The translations under genes and the position numbers were made by a program. Shown here piece by piece: positions 21,410 through 30,101 of a DNA stretch of 64,000 bases. The DNA comes from an uncultured Clostridia bacterium. Lineage in GTDB: Bacteria > Bacillota > Clostridia > Christensenellales > Borkfalkiaceae. Where the stretch lies: the NCBI GenBank assembly GCA_905235815.1, contig CAJOMT010000003.1, positions 190 through 64,189 of the forward strand, given 5' to 3'. How positions within the stretch are numbered: the first letter of the stretch is position 1; each line of letters opens with the position of its first letter. Under the pieces are notes generated by a model, which saw only the letters and a program-made list of their open reading frames with translations, made no database searches and was not told the DNA's origin.

Positions 21410-22272
21410 GAATAAAATTCAAACATACCGGAAAGATATATTATTTTGACCCGACGGGCAAAAATTACCGAAAAGGCAGCGGCGTTATAGTAGAAACGGC
21501 GAGAGGCGTTGAATACGGTACGGTCGTCATAGAGAAAAAGGAAGTAGCCGATGACAAGATCGTTCAGCCCTTAAAGCCTATTTTGCGGCCGGCTAGTGCC
21601 GATGACGAGGCGAAAGTAAAGAAGAACGAAGAAAGAGTTCCGGAGGCCTTAAAGATTGCGACTGAAAAGAGCAAGGCGAGGGGCTTGGATATGAAGTTTA
21701 TCGACGCAGAATACACTTTCGACGGCAGCAAAATAATATTTTATTTTACGGCAGCGAGCCGAATTGATTTCAGAGAACTCGTAAAAGATATGGCGGCGGC
21801 GCTTCATAACAGAATAGAACTAAGACAAATCGGAATAAGGGACGAAACGAGGCTTATCGGAGGAATTGCTCCGTGTGGCAGAGTGTGTTGTTGTGCGGCG
21901 GGGGTTGCGGACTTTAAAAAGTCGTCTATAAAAATGGCGAAAACGCAAGGCTTATCGTTGAACCCATCGAAGATCAGCGGACTTTGCGGCAGATTGATGT
22001 GCTGTTTGGAATATGAAAATAATCATTACAGCGAAACGTTCAAGAAGATGCCGAAAGTCGGAAGCGAAGTGACTACGCCGGACGGCAAAGCGACGGTAGT
22101 ATCTAATAATATGCTTAAAATGCTTGTCAAGACCAAGTTTGAGGCGAGCGACGGAAGTTTGAGTTATAAAGAGTATAATTTATCGGATATAAAAGTCAAA
22201 AATGCGAACAACATTGCGGACATAGACGATTCCGCAGACGATTCCGAGATAAAAGAACTTTTGGACGACTGA
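21394..22272 (+). CDS. ricT: PSP1-domain protein RicT/YaaT
   Basis: PSP1 C-terminal region FTAASRIDFRELVKDMAAALHNRIELRQIG and Cys cluster CGRVCCC...CGRLMCCLEYE; synteny after holB. Confidence 0.9.
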   Translation: MATIVGIKFKHTGKIYYFDPTGKNYRKGSGVIVETARGVEYGTVVIEKKEVADDKIVQPLKPILRPASADDEAKVKKNEERVPEALKIATEKSKARGLDMKFIDAEYTFDGSKIIFYFTAASRIDFRELVKDMAAALHNRIELRQIGIRDETRLIGGIAPCGRVCCCAAGVADFKKSSIKMAKTQGLSLNPSKISGLCGRLMCCLEYENNHYSETFKKMPKVGSEVTTPDGKATVVSNNMLKMLVKTKFEASDGSLSYKEYNLSDIKVKNANNIADIDDSADDSEIKELLDD

Positions 22273-22343
22273 AAATAGTTTAATAAAAAAGCGTTATAAA
22301 AATAAAAAAGTTATAGAAAAATATATACAAATCCAAAAATTTG

Positions 22344-22352
22344 TGATATAAT
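22344..22352 (+). promoter_or_regulatory. Candidate extended -10 promoter (TGaTATAAT) for the ferredoxin gene
   Basis: TGATATAAT about 50 nt upstream of the ATG at 22402. Confidence 0.4.
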
Positions 22353-22401
22353 AAAAACAAGCAGTAGTGCGATAATAAAAAACTTACGGAGGTTTAGAAA
22401 A

Positions 22402-22572
22402 ATGGCTTATAAAATTACAGACGCATGTGTTTCTTGCGGCGCTTGTGCGGAGAATTGTCCCGTAGCGGCGATATCTCAAGGAGATACTCAATACGTAATC
22501 GATCCGGACACCTGTATAGGTTGCGGCGCTTGTGCGGAAATTTGTCCTGTGGGCGCGCCCGTAGAAGATTAA
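22402..22572 (+). CDS. fdx: Clostridial-type 2x[4Fe-4S] ferredoxin (56 aa)
   Basis: Hand-translated: MAYKITDACVSCGACAENCPVAAISQGDTQYVIDPDTCIGCGACAEICPVGAPVED. Two CxxCxxCxxxCP motifs; GGAGG RBS. The track instead shows an out-of-frame ORF at 22425-22619. Confidence 0.93.
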   Translation: MAYKITDACVSCGACAENCPVAAISQGDTQYVIDPDTCIGCGACAEICPVGAPVED

Positions 22573-22581
22573 AAAGAGAAA

Positions 22582-22612
22582 GGGCTGCCTTTAAGCGGCC
22601 CTTTTGTTTTTT
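22582..22612 (+). terminator. Intrinsic terminator after ferredoxin
   Basis: GGGCTGC-CTTTAA-GCGGCCC followed by TTTTGTTTTTT. Confidence 0.75.
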
Positions 22613-23305
22613 ATGTTGAGAGACGGAGAACGCTATGAGGAATTGCTCATCGGCGGTTATAAAATAATACAGAACGAAAATCTGTACAGATTTTCGAGCG
22701 ACGCTATAATATTATCCCGTTTTGCGCCGAAAATAAGCGGTAGAGTGGCAGATTTTTGTGCGGGTTCGGGAATAGTCGGAATACATTATTTTGCGCTTTT
22801 AGACGAAAATAAGCAAGTTAAAGAGGGAACGCAAATCGACGAGTTCGAGTTGCAGGCTTCGCTTGCGGATATGTGCGAGAGAAGTATAGAGTATAACGGG
22901 CTGGGCGACCATATTAAATGTTATAATACGGCATTGCAGGATATCGGAAGCGATTTTAACAATAAGTATTCGCTGATACTCTGTAATCCTCCCTATAAAA
23001 AAAAGGACTCGGGCGAGCAAAATACGGAAGATCATATTACAATATGCCGCCACGAAGTGCGTATTACTTTGGAAGAAATCGTTTTAATTTCTTCAAAGAA
23101 ATTAAAAGTCGGCGGTAGACTTTGTATTTGCCAAAGAACCGAACGGCTTACCGATCTGCTCGTAGCGCTCAGAAATTGCGGATTAGAGCCGTCGAGAATG
23201 CAGTTTGTAACGTCAGGAAAGTCAAAAATGCCGTATCTTGTTTTAGTTGAGGCGGCAAAAGGCGTAAAGCCGCAACTGAAAGTTTTACCGAATTACGAGA
23301 ACTGA
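22613..23305 (+). CDS. SAM-dependent N6-adenine methyltransferase, YabB/TrmN6-like
   Basis: DFCAGSGIVG SAM motif and LILCNPPYKKK (NPPY). Sits between ricT and rsmI, as yabB does in Bacillus. ATG at 22613 preferred over the TTG at 22604. Confidence 0.85.
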   Translation: MLRDGERYEELLIGGYKIIQNENLYRFSSDAIILSRFAPKISGRVADFCAGSGIVGIHYFALLDENKQVKEGTQIDEFELQASLADMCERSIEYNGLGDHIKCYNTALQDIGSDFNNKYSLILCNPPYKKKDSGEQNTEDHITICRHEVRITLEEIVLISSKKLKVGGRLCICQRTERLTDLLVALRNCGLEPSRMQFVTSGKSKMPYLVLVEAAKGVKPQLKVLPNYEN

Positions 23306-23307
23306 TT

Positions 23308-24104
23308 ATGTTTTATTTTGTTTCCACGCCTATCGGCAACTTGAAAGACATAACTTTAAGGGCACCCTTAAAGAAGTAGACGTCATCGCTTGTGAAGATA
23401 CGAGAACGTCTTTAAAATTATTAAACTTCTACGGAATAAAAAAGCCGCTTGTCGCATATCACAAGTTTAATGAACGAACTTCGGCGGAAGGTCTTATAGC
23501 GCTTCACGAGCAAGGAAAGAGCGTTGCGATTATAACAGATGCGGGAACGCCCGTCATATCCGATCCCGGGAACGTTTTGACGGAGATGCTCATCGAAAGG
23601 GGAATACCGTTTACGGTTGTACCGGGAGCGACTGCGTTTACGTCGGCGCTTATATTATCCGGTATGGATGCGTCGAGATTTGCCTTTATCGGATTTTTAC
23701 CCGAGAAAAAGAAGGATGCAAAAGAGGTTTTGGAAAAGTATAAAGATCTCGATATGACCTTGATATTTTACAGTGCGCCGCACGATTTAAAGAAAAATCT
23801 GGAATTACTGTATTCTGTTTTTGGAGACAGAAAAGCGGCTACCGTCAAAGAGATAACCAAAATGTTTGAAAAGACCGTCAGGCTAAGTCTATCGGATTAT
23901 GAAGCGGTAGAGGAGCCGAAGGGCGAATACGTCATAGTAGTCGAGGGCGGAAAAGGAAAGTTGTCAGACTTTACGGAACTTTCGGTCGAGGAACATTTAT
24001 CGAAATATCTCGATGAAGGTATGGATAAAAAAGAAGCAATTAAATTAGTTGCGAAAGAGCGAGGAATACCGAAAAACGAAGTATATAAATTTACGATAAA
24101 ATAA
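23308..24104 (+). pseudogene. rsmI: 16S rRNA (cytidine1402-2'-O)-methyltransferase RsmI, frameshifted
   Basis: Frame 0 reads MFYFVSTPIGNLKDITLRA, then PLKK-stop at 23377-23379. The +2 frame continues TLKEVDVIACEDTRTSLKLLNFYGIKKPLVAYHKFNE...ITDAGTPVISDPG... to 24104. Confidence 0.85.
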
Positions 24105-24146
24105 CGAACGGAATAATAAAAGTTTTGATATTTTTCTAAAATATCA

Positions 24147-24175
24147 TTGACAAAACGACGAATTTACATTATACT
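24147..24175 (+). promoter_or_regulatory. Sigma-A promoter TTGACA-17-TATACT
   Basis: Exact -35, 17-nt spacer, -10 TATACT; about 25 nt upstream of the LRR lipoprotein start. Confidence 0.65.
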
Positions 24176-24199
24176 GTATATAATGTGAGGAGTATTATT

Positions 24200-24871
24200 A
24201 TGAAAGGTAAAATTATTTCTCTTTTAATGTCGACAATGCTTGCCGTTTTGGCATTGGCGTCGTGCGATATAGGAATAACAAATAAAGAATACAAACCTAC
24301 GCCCGACAGTTATTTTACTTTTACTTATATTGAAGAATCGGACGCATATTCGATAGCGGCGAAAGACGGCGTAACCTTGCCGAGCGAATTAAAATTGCCG
24401 GCAAAATATAGCGGAAAGGATATAGTATCGATTTCTTACGAGGGCTTTATCGGCGATGAAAACGTAACGAGGGTTACTATTCCGGCAGGATATGAAAAAA
24501 TCGGTGTGAGTGCGTTTAAGGACTGTAAAAATCTGAAAAGCGTAACGATAAATGCGGATATCACGGCGATAGGCTCGATGGCGTTTTCGGAATGTAAGGT
24601 GCTTAGGACCGTTACTTTCCCCGCCTCGCTTAAAGAGATAGGGGCGTATGCGTTTTATGACACGGCGATATATTCGGCGAAATTCAAAGCGCTTGAGAAA
24701 ATTGACGAATATGCGTTTTATGGTTGTGAATATTTAAAGAACGTATATATACCCGAAACCACTTCGCAGATAGGAGATTTTGCGTTTGGCGGATGCGGAA
24801 TCGTGAATTTCGACGTTGCGGCGGCAAATCCTTATTATACCGTCAGAAACGGTGAAATAGTAAATAAATAA
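24200..24871 (+). CDS. BspA-type leucine-rich-repeat lipoprotein
   Basis: MKGKIISLLMSTMLAVLALASC lipobox. Repeats of the type VTIPAGYEKIGVSAFKDCKNLKSVTI / ITAIGSMAFSECKVLRTVTFP. Confidence 0.85.
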   Translation: MKGKIISLLMSTMLAVLALASCDIGITNKEYKPTPDSYFTFTYIEESDAYSIAAKDGVTLPSELKLPAKYSGKDIVSISYEGFIGDENVTRVTIPAGYEKIGVSAFKDCKNLKSVTINADITAIGSMAFSECKVLRTVTFPASLKEIGAYAFYDTAIYSAKFKALEKIDEYAFYGCEYLKNVYIPETTSQIGDFAFGGCGIVNFDVAAANPYYTVRNGEIVNK

Positions 24872-24878
24872 TTATATT

Positions 24879-24905
24879 AAAGCCGCTACTAAAGCGGCTT
24901 TTTTA
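24879..24905 (+). terminator. Intrinsic terminator
   Basis: AAAGCCGCT-ACTAA-AGCGGCTTT followed by TTTT. Confidence 0.85.
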
Positions 24906-24917
24906 AAGGGATAATAT

Positions 24918-25496
24918 ATGTACGGAGATTTTTACGCATATCTTGCGAGAATGAAATATATCAAGCGTTGGGCGCTTATGCGTTCGCAAAGCGAAGAAAA
25001 CGTAATGGAACACAGTTGGGAGGTTGCGGCGGTTGCCCATGCGCTTGCGCTAATAAAAAATACGATGTTCGGCGGCAAAGTCGACGAATATAAAGTTGTG
25101 TGCATGGCGCTCTATCACGAGACGAGCGAGGTAATAACGGGAGATTTGCCTACTCCGATAAAATATTTCAATTCCGAGATAAATTCGGCGTACAAAGACT
25201 TGGAGAAACTTGCCGGCGAGAAACTCATAAAGAGATTACCGGAAGAATTGCAGGGGAAATATGCGGAGTTTATTTTCTGCGACGCAAATTCAGAGGAATA
25301 TAAACTTATGAAGGCGGCGGATAAAATTTCCGCATATATAAAATGCGTAGAAGAGATTAAAGGCGGAAACAGCGAATTCAAGTCGGCGAAGGAAAGTATC
25401 GGAAAAGATATATACGGCAATGCCGATCCTGCGGTAAAATATTTCGTAGAGAATATATTGCCGTCTTTCGAAAAAACCCTCGACGAATTGGAATAA
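24918..25496 (+). CDS. HD-domain 5'-deoxynucleotidase, YfbR-like
   Basis: RWALMRSQSEENVMEHSWEVAAVAHALA...YHETSEVITGDLPTPIKY (H..HD..D pattern). Confidence 0.85.
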   Translation: MYGDFYAYLARMKYIKRWALMRSQSEENVMEHSWEVAAVAHALALIKNTMFGGKVDEYKVVCMALYHETSEVITGDLPTPIKYFNSEINSAYKDLEKLAGEKLIKRLPEELQGKYAEFIFCDANSEEYKLMKAADKISAYIKCVEEIKGGNSEFKSAKESIGKDIYGNADPAVKYFVENILPSFEKTLDELE

Positions 25497-25540
25497 AAAA
25501 TTTTCAAGGTGGAATAATTATATCGTCAAGGAGGTATTTT

Positions 25541-25696
25541 ATGCAGAAATTAAATCCGGGCGATATAGCCCCGACTACCGGACGCTATAAGGTTGTCGAT
25601 TCTCATGGTAACAAATTAGACGTTGTCGAAGTACAAGAGGGTAACAGACTTCCTCCCACGCAAAGTTCGGAGTACTATTACGTTTACGAAGATTAA
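25541..25696 (+). CDS. YjzC-like small protein (51 aa)
   Basis: Hand-translated: MQKLNPGDIAPTTGRYKVVDSHGNKLDVVEVQEGNRLPPTQSSEYYYVYED. AGGAGG RBS. The PG..AP..G.Y...G....v..G..lPPT pattern matches the YjzC family from memory. Confidence 0.7.
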   Translation: MQKLNPGDIAPTTGRYKVVDSHGNKLDVVEVQEGNRLPPTQSSEYYYVYED

Positions 25697-25712
25697 AATT
25701 CAGATTATATGT

Positions 25713-25748
25713 GAGCAGTCGGCTATTTGAGTCGGCTGCTCTCATTTT
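25713..25748 (+). terminator. Intrinsic terminator/attenuator after the small ORF
   Basis: 11-bp stem GAGCAGTCGGC/GTCGGCTGCTC (two G-U pairs), then TCATTTT. Confidence 0.7.
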
Positions 25749-25767
25749 AAAAAGAATATGAAATATG

Positions 25768-25796
25768 TTGACTTATTTTTCGGTTGAATGTATAAT
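25768..25796 (+). promoter_or_regulatory. Sigma-A promoter TTGACT-17-TATAAT
   Basis: Near-consensus hexamers with a 17-nt spacer, 18 nt upstream of the 25814 ATG. Confidence 0.75.
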
Positions 25797-25813
25797 TAAA
25801 TAGGTAGAGGAAG

Positions 25814-26527
25814 ATGATATATAAAATTGCCGGACTGAAAATACAAATAAACAATAAATACAAATATACGGAGCGTTTTTGCGAAAAATATCTCACCGAC
25901 GAAACGACTTGCGACTTGATAGCGGACGTAACCGATGAGGAGTTTGAGAGAGAGAAACTCGCATCAAAAGATTTTTCGGACGGCTACGTAGAGAATATTT
26001 GTCTGTACCGTTCGCTATGCAGACAACTTCCCGATTTTGACAGATTTTTATTGCATTCTGCGGTTTTGGAATACGACGGTAAAGCGTATGCTTTTTTAGG
26101 GCATAGCGGAGCGGGTAAATCCACGCATACGAGTTTATGGCTTGAATACGTACAGGGCTCAAAAATAATAAACGGCGATAAGCCGATAATCGAATACAAT
26201 GGCGGTAAATTTATCGCTTACGGCACGCCATGGAACGGCAAAGAGGGCAGAGGATATAACGGAAATGCCGAAATAGCGGGGCTATGCTTTATCGAACAAG
26301 CAAAGGATAACAGAATCGAAAAACTTTCGATTGCGGAAACCGCTAATCGTATTTTTACGCAAGTATTGCTTCCGACTGACGAGAGCAATGCGGTAAAGAC
26401 GTTGGAACTTATAGATAAACTTGTGCGCAGCGTTCCGTCTTACGTTTTATATTGCGACGTGTCCGAAGATGCTGTAAAGACGTCATACGAGGCGCTTGTC
26501 GGTAAAAATTATAGGAGAAATATATGA
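25814..26527 (+). CDS. HPr-kinase-C-terminal-like P-loop protein (RiPP-associated kinase-like)
   Basis: LLHSAVLEYDGKAYAFLGHSGAGKSTHTS Walker-A in an HprK-like context; 4-nt overlap with the PqqD-like gene. Confidence 0.65.
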   Translation: MIYKIAGLKIQINNKYKYTERFCEKYLTDETTCDLIADVTDEEFEREKLASKDFSDGYVENICLYRSLCRQLPDFDRFLLHSAVLEYDGKAYAFLGHSGAGKSTHTSLWLEYVQGSKIINGDKPIIEYNGGKFIAYGTPWNGKEGRGYNGNAEIAGLCFIEQAKDNRIEKLSIAETANRIFTQVLLPTDESNAVKTLELIDKLVRSVPSYVLYCDVSEDAVKTSYEALVGKNYRRNI

Positions 26528-26790
26528 AAATAAAGAAAGGGTTTGTGGTAAGAGAGGTCGGCGGCGAGAATATAGCCGTACCAATCGGCGAAATGGCGAA
26601 AGAATTTCACGGAATGATAAAACTCAATGATTCGGCGTTGTTTTTATGGAATTTTTTCAATGACGACAGAACGAGGGACGAAGCGGTAGCGGCTCTTATG
26701 GGCGAGTATGAAATTACTGAAGAAGAAGCGATAAAGGGCGTAGACTCTTTTATAAAACTCGTAACGGACAACGGCTTTGCAGATAGATGA
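26524..26790 (+). CDS. PqqD-family protein (RiPP recognition element-like)
   Basis: 88 aa. FVVREVGGENIAVPIG...IKLNDSALFLWNFF....TRDEAVAALMGEYEITEEEAIKGVDSFIKLVTDNGF is the typical PqqD/RRE pattern. Confidence 0.8.
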   Translation: MKIKKGFVVREVGGENIAVPIGEMAKEFHGMIKLNDSALFLWNFFNDDRTRDEAVAALMGEYEITEEEAIKGVDSFIKLVTDNGFADR

Positions 26791-27236
26791 ATATAGAAGA
26801 GTTGCTTTTAACCGAGGGTAAATACGTCGGCCCGACGTTCGGCGTCAGTATGTTGCCGATGCTGAAAAGCGGACGGGACAGCGTGGTAATATACCCGAAG
26901 AAATCCAGACTGTCAATATACGACGTCGCATTGTATAAGCGAGGCGACGATTATGTTTTGCACCGAGTGATCGGATTGACCGATTCGGGATACATAATAA
27001 GGGGAGATAATTGTTATTCCGACGAAAACGTATCCGAAGAAAGGGTGATAGGCGTATTGACTGAATATTTCAAAAAAGATAAGAGGATAGCACTTACGGA
27101 TAAAAAGTATATGCGTTACGTAAAGAGGCGTGTAAAATATTATCCGATAAGGCGTTTTTTTGTACTTACAAAGTTAAAAATAAAGGGCTTTGCGGCAAAG
27201 ATTTTAGGGCGCGGCAAAAAATCCGAGAAACAATAA
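26787..27236 (+). CDS. S24/S26-family peptidase, SipW/ER-type Ser-His variant, no N-terminal TM
   Basis: GVSMLPML (nucleophile Ser box) and YVLHRVIG (His where bacterial SPase I has KR). Basic C-terminal tail. Confidence 0.7.
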   Translation: MNIEELLLTEGKYVGPTFGVSMLPMLKSGRDSVVIYPKKSRLSIYDVALYKRGDDYVLHRVIGLTDSGYIIRGDNCYSDENVSEERVIGVLTEYFKKDKRIALTDKKYMRYVKRRVKYYPIRRFFVLTKLKIKGFAAKILGRGKKSEKQ

Positions 27237-27252
27237 AAGGATAAGGATAAAT

Positions 27253-30096
27253 ATGAACGAAAATTTTACAATGCTTAAAAATGCAATCTGTAATGAGGAT
27301 AACATTAAAGCATACAGAGCGATTCCATTTTGGAGTTGGAATAACGAACTCGACGAAAAGTATTTGGTAAAACAAATAGAGGAAATGAAAGAGGTTGGAA
27401 TCGGCGGATTCATAATGCACGCAAGGACCGGACTCAAAGACGAATATCTGGGCGAAAAATGGTTTGATTGTATAGGCGCTTGCCTCAAAAAAGCAAAAGA
27501 ACTCGGAATGTCGGCTTGGGTATACGATGAGAACGGTTGGCCGTCCGGTTTTGTCGGGGGCAAACTGCTCGAAAACGAGGAATATCGGGCAAGATTTTTA
27601 GAATATCAAGTAAAAGATTACTTTGATGAAAGTGCGGAATGTGTATTTGAAAAGACCGAAAACGGCTTCGAGAGAATATATTCCGCAAAAGATAATATAA
27701 AAGAATATCATTGCGTTTACATAAGGGTAAGCCCTGCCAATTCAGATATTTTAAAAGCGGAAGTGGTAGACGAATTTATCCGTTTGACACACGAAGAATA
27801 TTATAAGCGTTTTAAAGACAGTTTCGGCAAAGAATTAGTGGGTTTTTTCACCGACGAGCCGCAATATTACAGATGGGCTACTCCGTATACTCCCGCTATG
27901 GACGGAATATTCTTTGAAAGATATGGCGAAAAAGTAAGAGATTATCTTGTCTATCTTTTCGTATCTGACGCGAGGGGATATGAATTTCGTTACAGATATT
28001 TTTGTCTGTTAAACGAAATGTACGTGAACGTATATTATAAAAAATTATACGACTGGTGCGAGGCGCATAATTGTAAATTGACCGGACATTCGGTTGAAGA
28101 GGGCGGTCTTGTATGTCAGATGCTCGGCGGTGCGGCGGTGATGCCGACTTACGAATGCGAGCATATTCCGGCTATCGATGCGCTTGCAAGAGTATGCGGC
28201 AACGATTTAGCCCCCAAACAAGTCGGCAGCGTTGCAAGTCAACTCGGTAAAAAGCAGGTTTTAACCGAAACTTTCGGTTGTAGCGGCAACGACGCTACTC
28301 CGAAAGAATTAAAGGCGATCGCCGAATGGCAATATTTTAACGGCGTAAATTTAATGTGCCAACATTTATTGCCTATATCCGTTGCGGCTCAAGGAAAAGT
28401 CGACCATCCGCCGGTTTTTTCAAAACACAGTAATTGGTGGGAAGACAGTAAAGAATTTTACGATCATTTTGCAAAACTCGGGTATATTATAGCGAATACT
28501 ACCGAGACTTACGACATCGGAATCATTCACCCGATGAGAAGTATTTATCTCGATTATCAGAGAGATTTATATTATGACAGTGTAAAAGAACTCGAAGATT
28601 CGTTTAATAAACTGATTTCCGATTTAAGAGCGAACGGCGTTCGCTATCAACTGATAGACGAAACGATACTTGCAAAATATGGCAGAAACGAAGGGGATAA
28701 ACTGATAGTCGGCAACTCGTCTTATGATAAGATAATCGTTCCCGATATGAAATGTATTGCCTCTCATACGCTCGAATTGCTTAGCGGGTATCACGGTAAA
28801 CTCCTATGTTTAGGAAAAATCGAATGCGTTGACGGTAAAAAGAAAGAAGTCGGATTGAAATCGAACGTTACGTGGGACGATATATTAAACGATAGGGGAA
28901 TTAAATTCAGGTGCGACGACGGCAAGACGTTTATAACTTCGAGAAAAGGGGAATTGGGAGAGTTTATTTTCGTTCTTAACAAGTCGCTTACCGAAAGCAG
29001 TGAAATTGAATTTGAAAACGTAGCGAATAGCTTTGCGTCCTTGGATTTGCAATCTTTAAAACTTGACGCAATAAATGATAAAACTACGCTCAAAAAATGC
29101 GAGTCGCTCATACTCGTAAAGACGGACAAAGTTGCACCTGAACTTGAAAGAAGTAGCGAAATCGAAGATATTACTTCCTCGTTTAAAGTTACAGGCATAA
29201 CCGAAAACTTTCTCGTTCTGGATTGTGCGTCGTATAGTTTTGACGGTGTAAAATATAGCGATAATCAACCTATACCGAGGCTTTTTGAAGAACTTTTGCG
29301 AATGGACTATAAAGGAAAGGTATATATAAAGCAAGGGTTTACGGTAAAAGATAAGGTGCCTGCCACGTTCATAATCGAAAAGGGGCGTTTCGAATTTATA
29401 AAAGTAAACGGCAGAGAATTAAGCCTTAAAGATAACGATTTCGATATATTTTTCGGCGAGGCGGACATATCGGATAAATTGGTCGTAGGCGAAAACGAGA
29501 TAGTATACTGCGTGAACTACTACCAGCACGAAGGAGTGCATTTTGCCTTGTTCGATCCGCTTGCGACAGAGAGTTTAAGGAATTGTCTCTACTACGATAC
29601 GCATATTGAGAATACTTACATCAAGGGCAATTTCAGAGTAGATGCGGATATGAATATATGTGCGCCCGAGCAGATAGGGATAACGTCTGAAATGTACAAA
29701 AACGGCTATCCGTTCTTTAAAGGCACTATGACTGTTTCCGGCGAATATTATTACGACGGAGTCGGCAAGCGCATTTTGTCGTTAGACGACGGTAGGTTTT
29801 TGGTTGCTGACGCCTTGATAAACGGTAAACGGGAGAGTTTGGTTCTCGCAACCGAAAAGGATATAACGGACCTGCTCGTAAGGGGCAACAATAAAATCGA
29901 GATAAAACTCAATTCGAGCCTGAGAAATTTACTCGGCCCGCATCATTTCAAGTCCGATTCGGATCCGCTCGGCGTTTCGCCGTATTGTTTTAATTTCAGA
30001 GGTTGTTGGGGCGATAAAATCCCGAAAGATTATACGCCGGAATATAAACTTGTTCCGTTCGGTTTGAATTCGATAAAACTAAAAATAATCAAATAA
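27253..30096 (+). CDS. Large glycoside-hydrolase-like protein (family unassigned), no signal peptide
   Basis: N-terminus RAIPFWSWNNELDEKYLVKQIEEMKEVGIGGFIMHARTGL...AWVYDENGWPSGF. From memory this resembles proteins annotated as glycosyl hydrolase / jelly-roll GH-like. Only 16 nt after the peptidase gene. Confidence 0.55.
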   Translation: MNENFTMLKNAICNEDNIKAYRAIPFWSWNNELDEKYLVKQIEEMKEVGIGGFIMHARTGLKDEYLGEKWFDCIGACLKKAKELGMSAWVYDENGWPSGFVGGKLLENEEYRARFLEYQVKDYFDESAECVFEKTENGFERIYSAKDNIKEYHCVYIRVSPANSDILKAEVVDEFIRLTHEEYYKRFKDSFGKELVGFFTDEPQYYRWATPYTPAMDGIFFERYGEKVRDYLVYLFVSDARGYEFRYRYFCLLNEMYVNVYYKKLYDWCEAHNCKLTGHSVEEGGLVCQMLGGAAVMPTYECEHIPAIDALARVCGNDLAPKQVGSVASQLGKKQVLTETFGCSGNDATPKELKAIAEWQYFNGVNLMCQHLLPISVAAQGKVDHPPVFSKHSNWWEDSKEFYDHFAKLGYIIANTTETYDIGIIHPMRSIYLDYQRDLYYDSVKELEDSFNKLISDLRANGVRYQLIDETILAKYGRNEGDKLIVGNSSYDKIIVPDMKCIASHTLELLSGYHGKLLCLGKIECVDGKKKEVGLKSNVTWDDILNDRGIKFRCDDGKTFITSRKGELGEFIFVLNKSLTESSEIEFENVANSFASLDLQSLKLDAINDKTTLKKCESLILVKTDKVAPELERSSEIEDITSSFKVTGITENFLVLDCASYSFDGVKYSDNQPIPRLFEELLRMDYKGKVYIKQGFTVKDKVPATFIIEKGRFEFIKVNGRELSLKDNDFDIFFGEADISDKLVVGENEIVYCVNYYQHEGVHFALFDPLATESLRNCLYYDTHIENTYIKGNFRVDADMNICAPEQIGITSEMYKNGYPFFKGTMTVSGEYYYDGVGKRILSLDDGRFLVADALINGKRESLVLATEKDITDLLVRGNNKIEIKLNSSLRNLLGPHHFKSDSDPLGVSPYCFNFRGCWGDKIPKDYTPEYKLVPFGLNSIKLKIIK

Positions 30097-30101
30097 TTTT
30101 T

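Noticed and set aside
22425-22619. 64-aa + strand track ORF (MCFLRRLCGELSRSGD...).
   Set aside because: It is out of frame with, and fully overlaps, a textbook 2x[4Fe-4S] ferredoxin (22402-22572) that has an RBS. The Arg/Cys-rich translation is a frame artefact.
25541-25696. YjzC-like 51-aa ORF as the missing RiPP precursor for the adjacent PqqD/kinase/peptidase operon. It is followed by an attenuator-like hairpin, as precursor genes often are.
   Set aside because: Its sequence pattern matches a widespread stand-alone small-protein family. It has its own terminator and the trio has its own consensus promoter. I keep it only as a low-probability candidate, mentioned in the checks.
27253-30096. 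Assigning the 947-aa protein to a specific CAZy family (GH106-like rhamnosidase or beta-galactosidase-like).
   Set aside because: I only recognise the N-terminal FWSWN...GIGGF.MHAR...YDENGWPSG pattern from memory of generically annotated hydrolases. I cannot identify catalytic residues, so the family is left unassigned.
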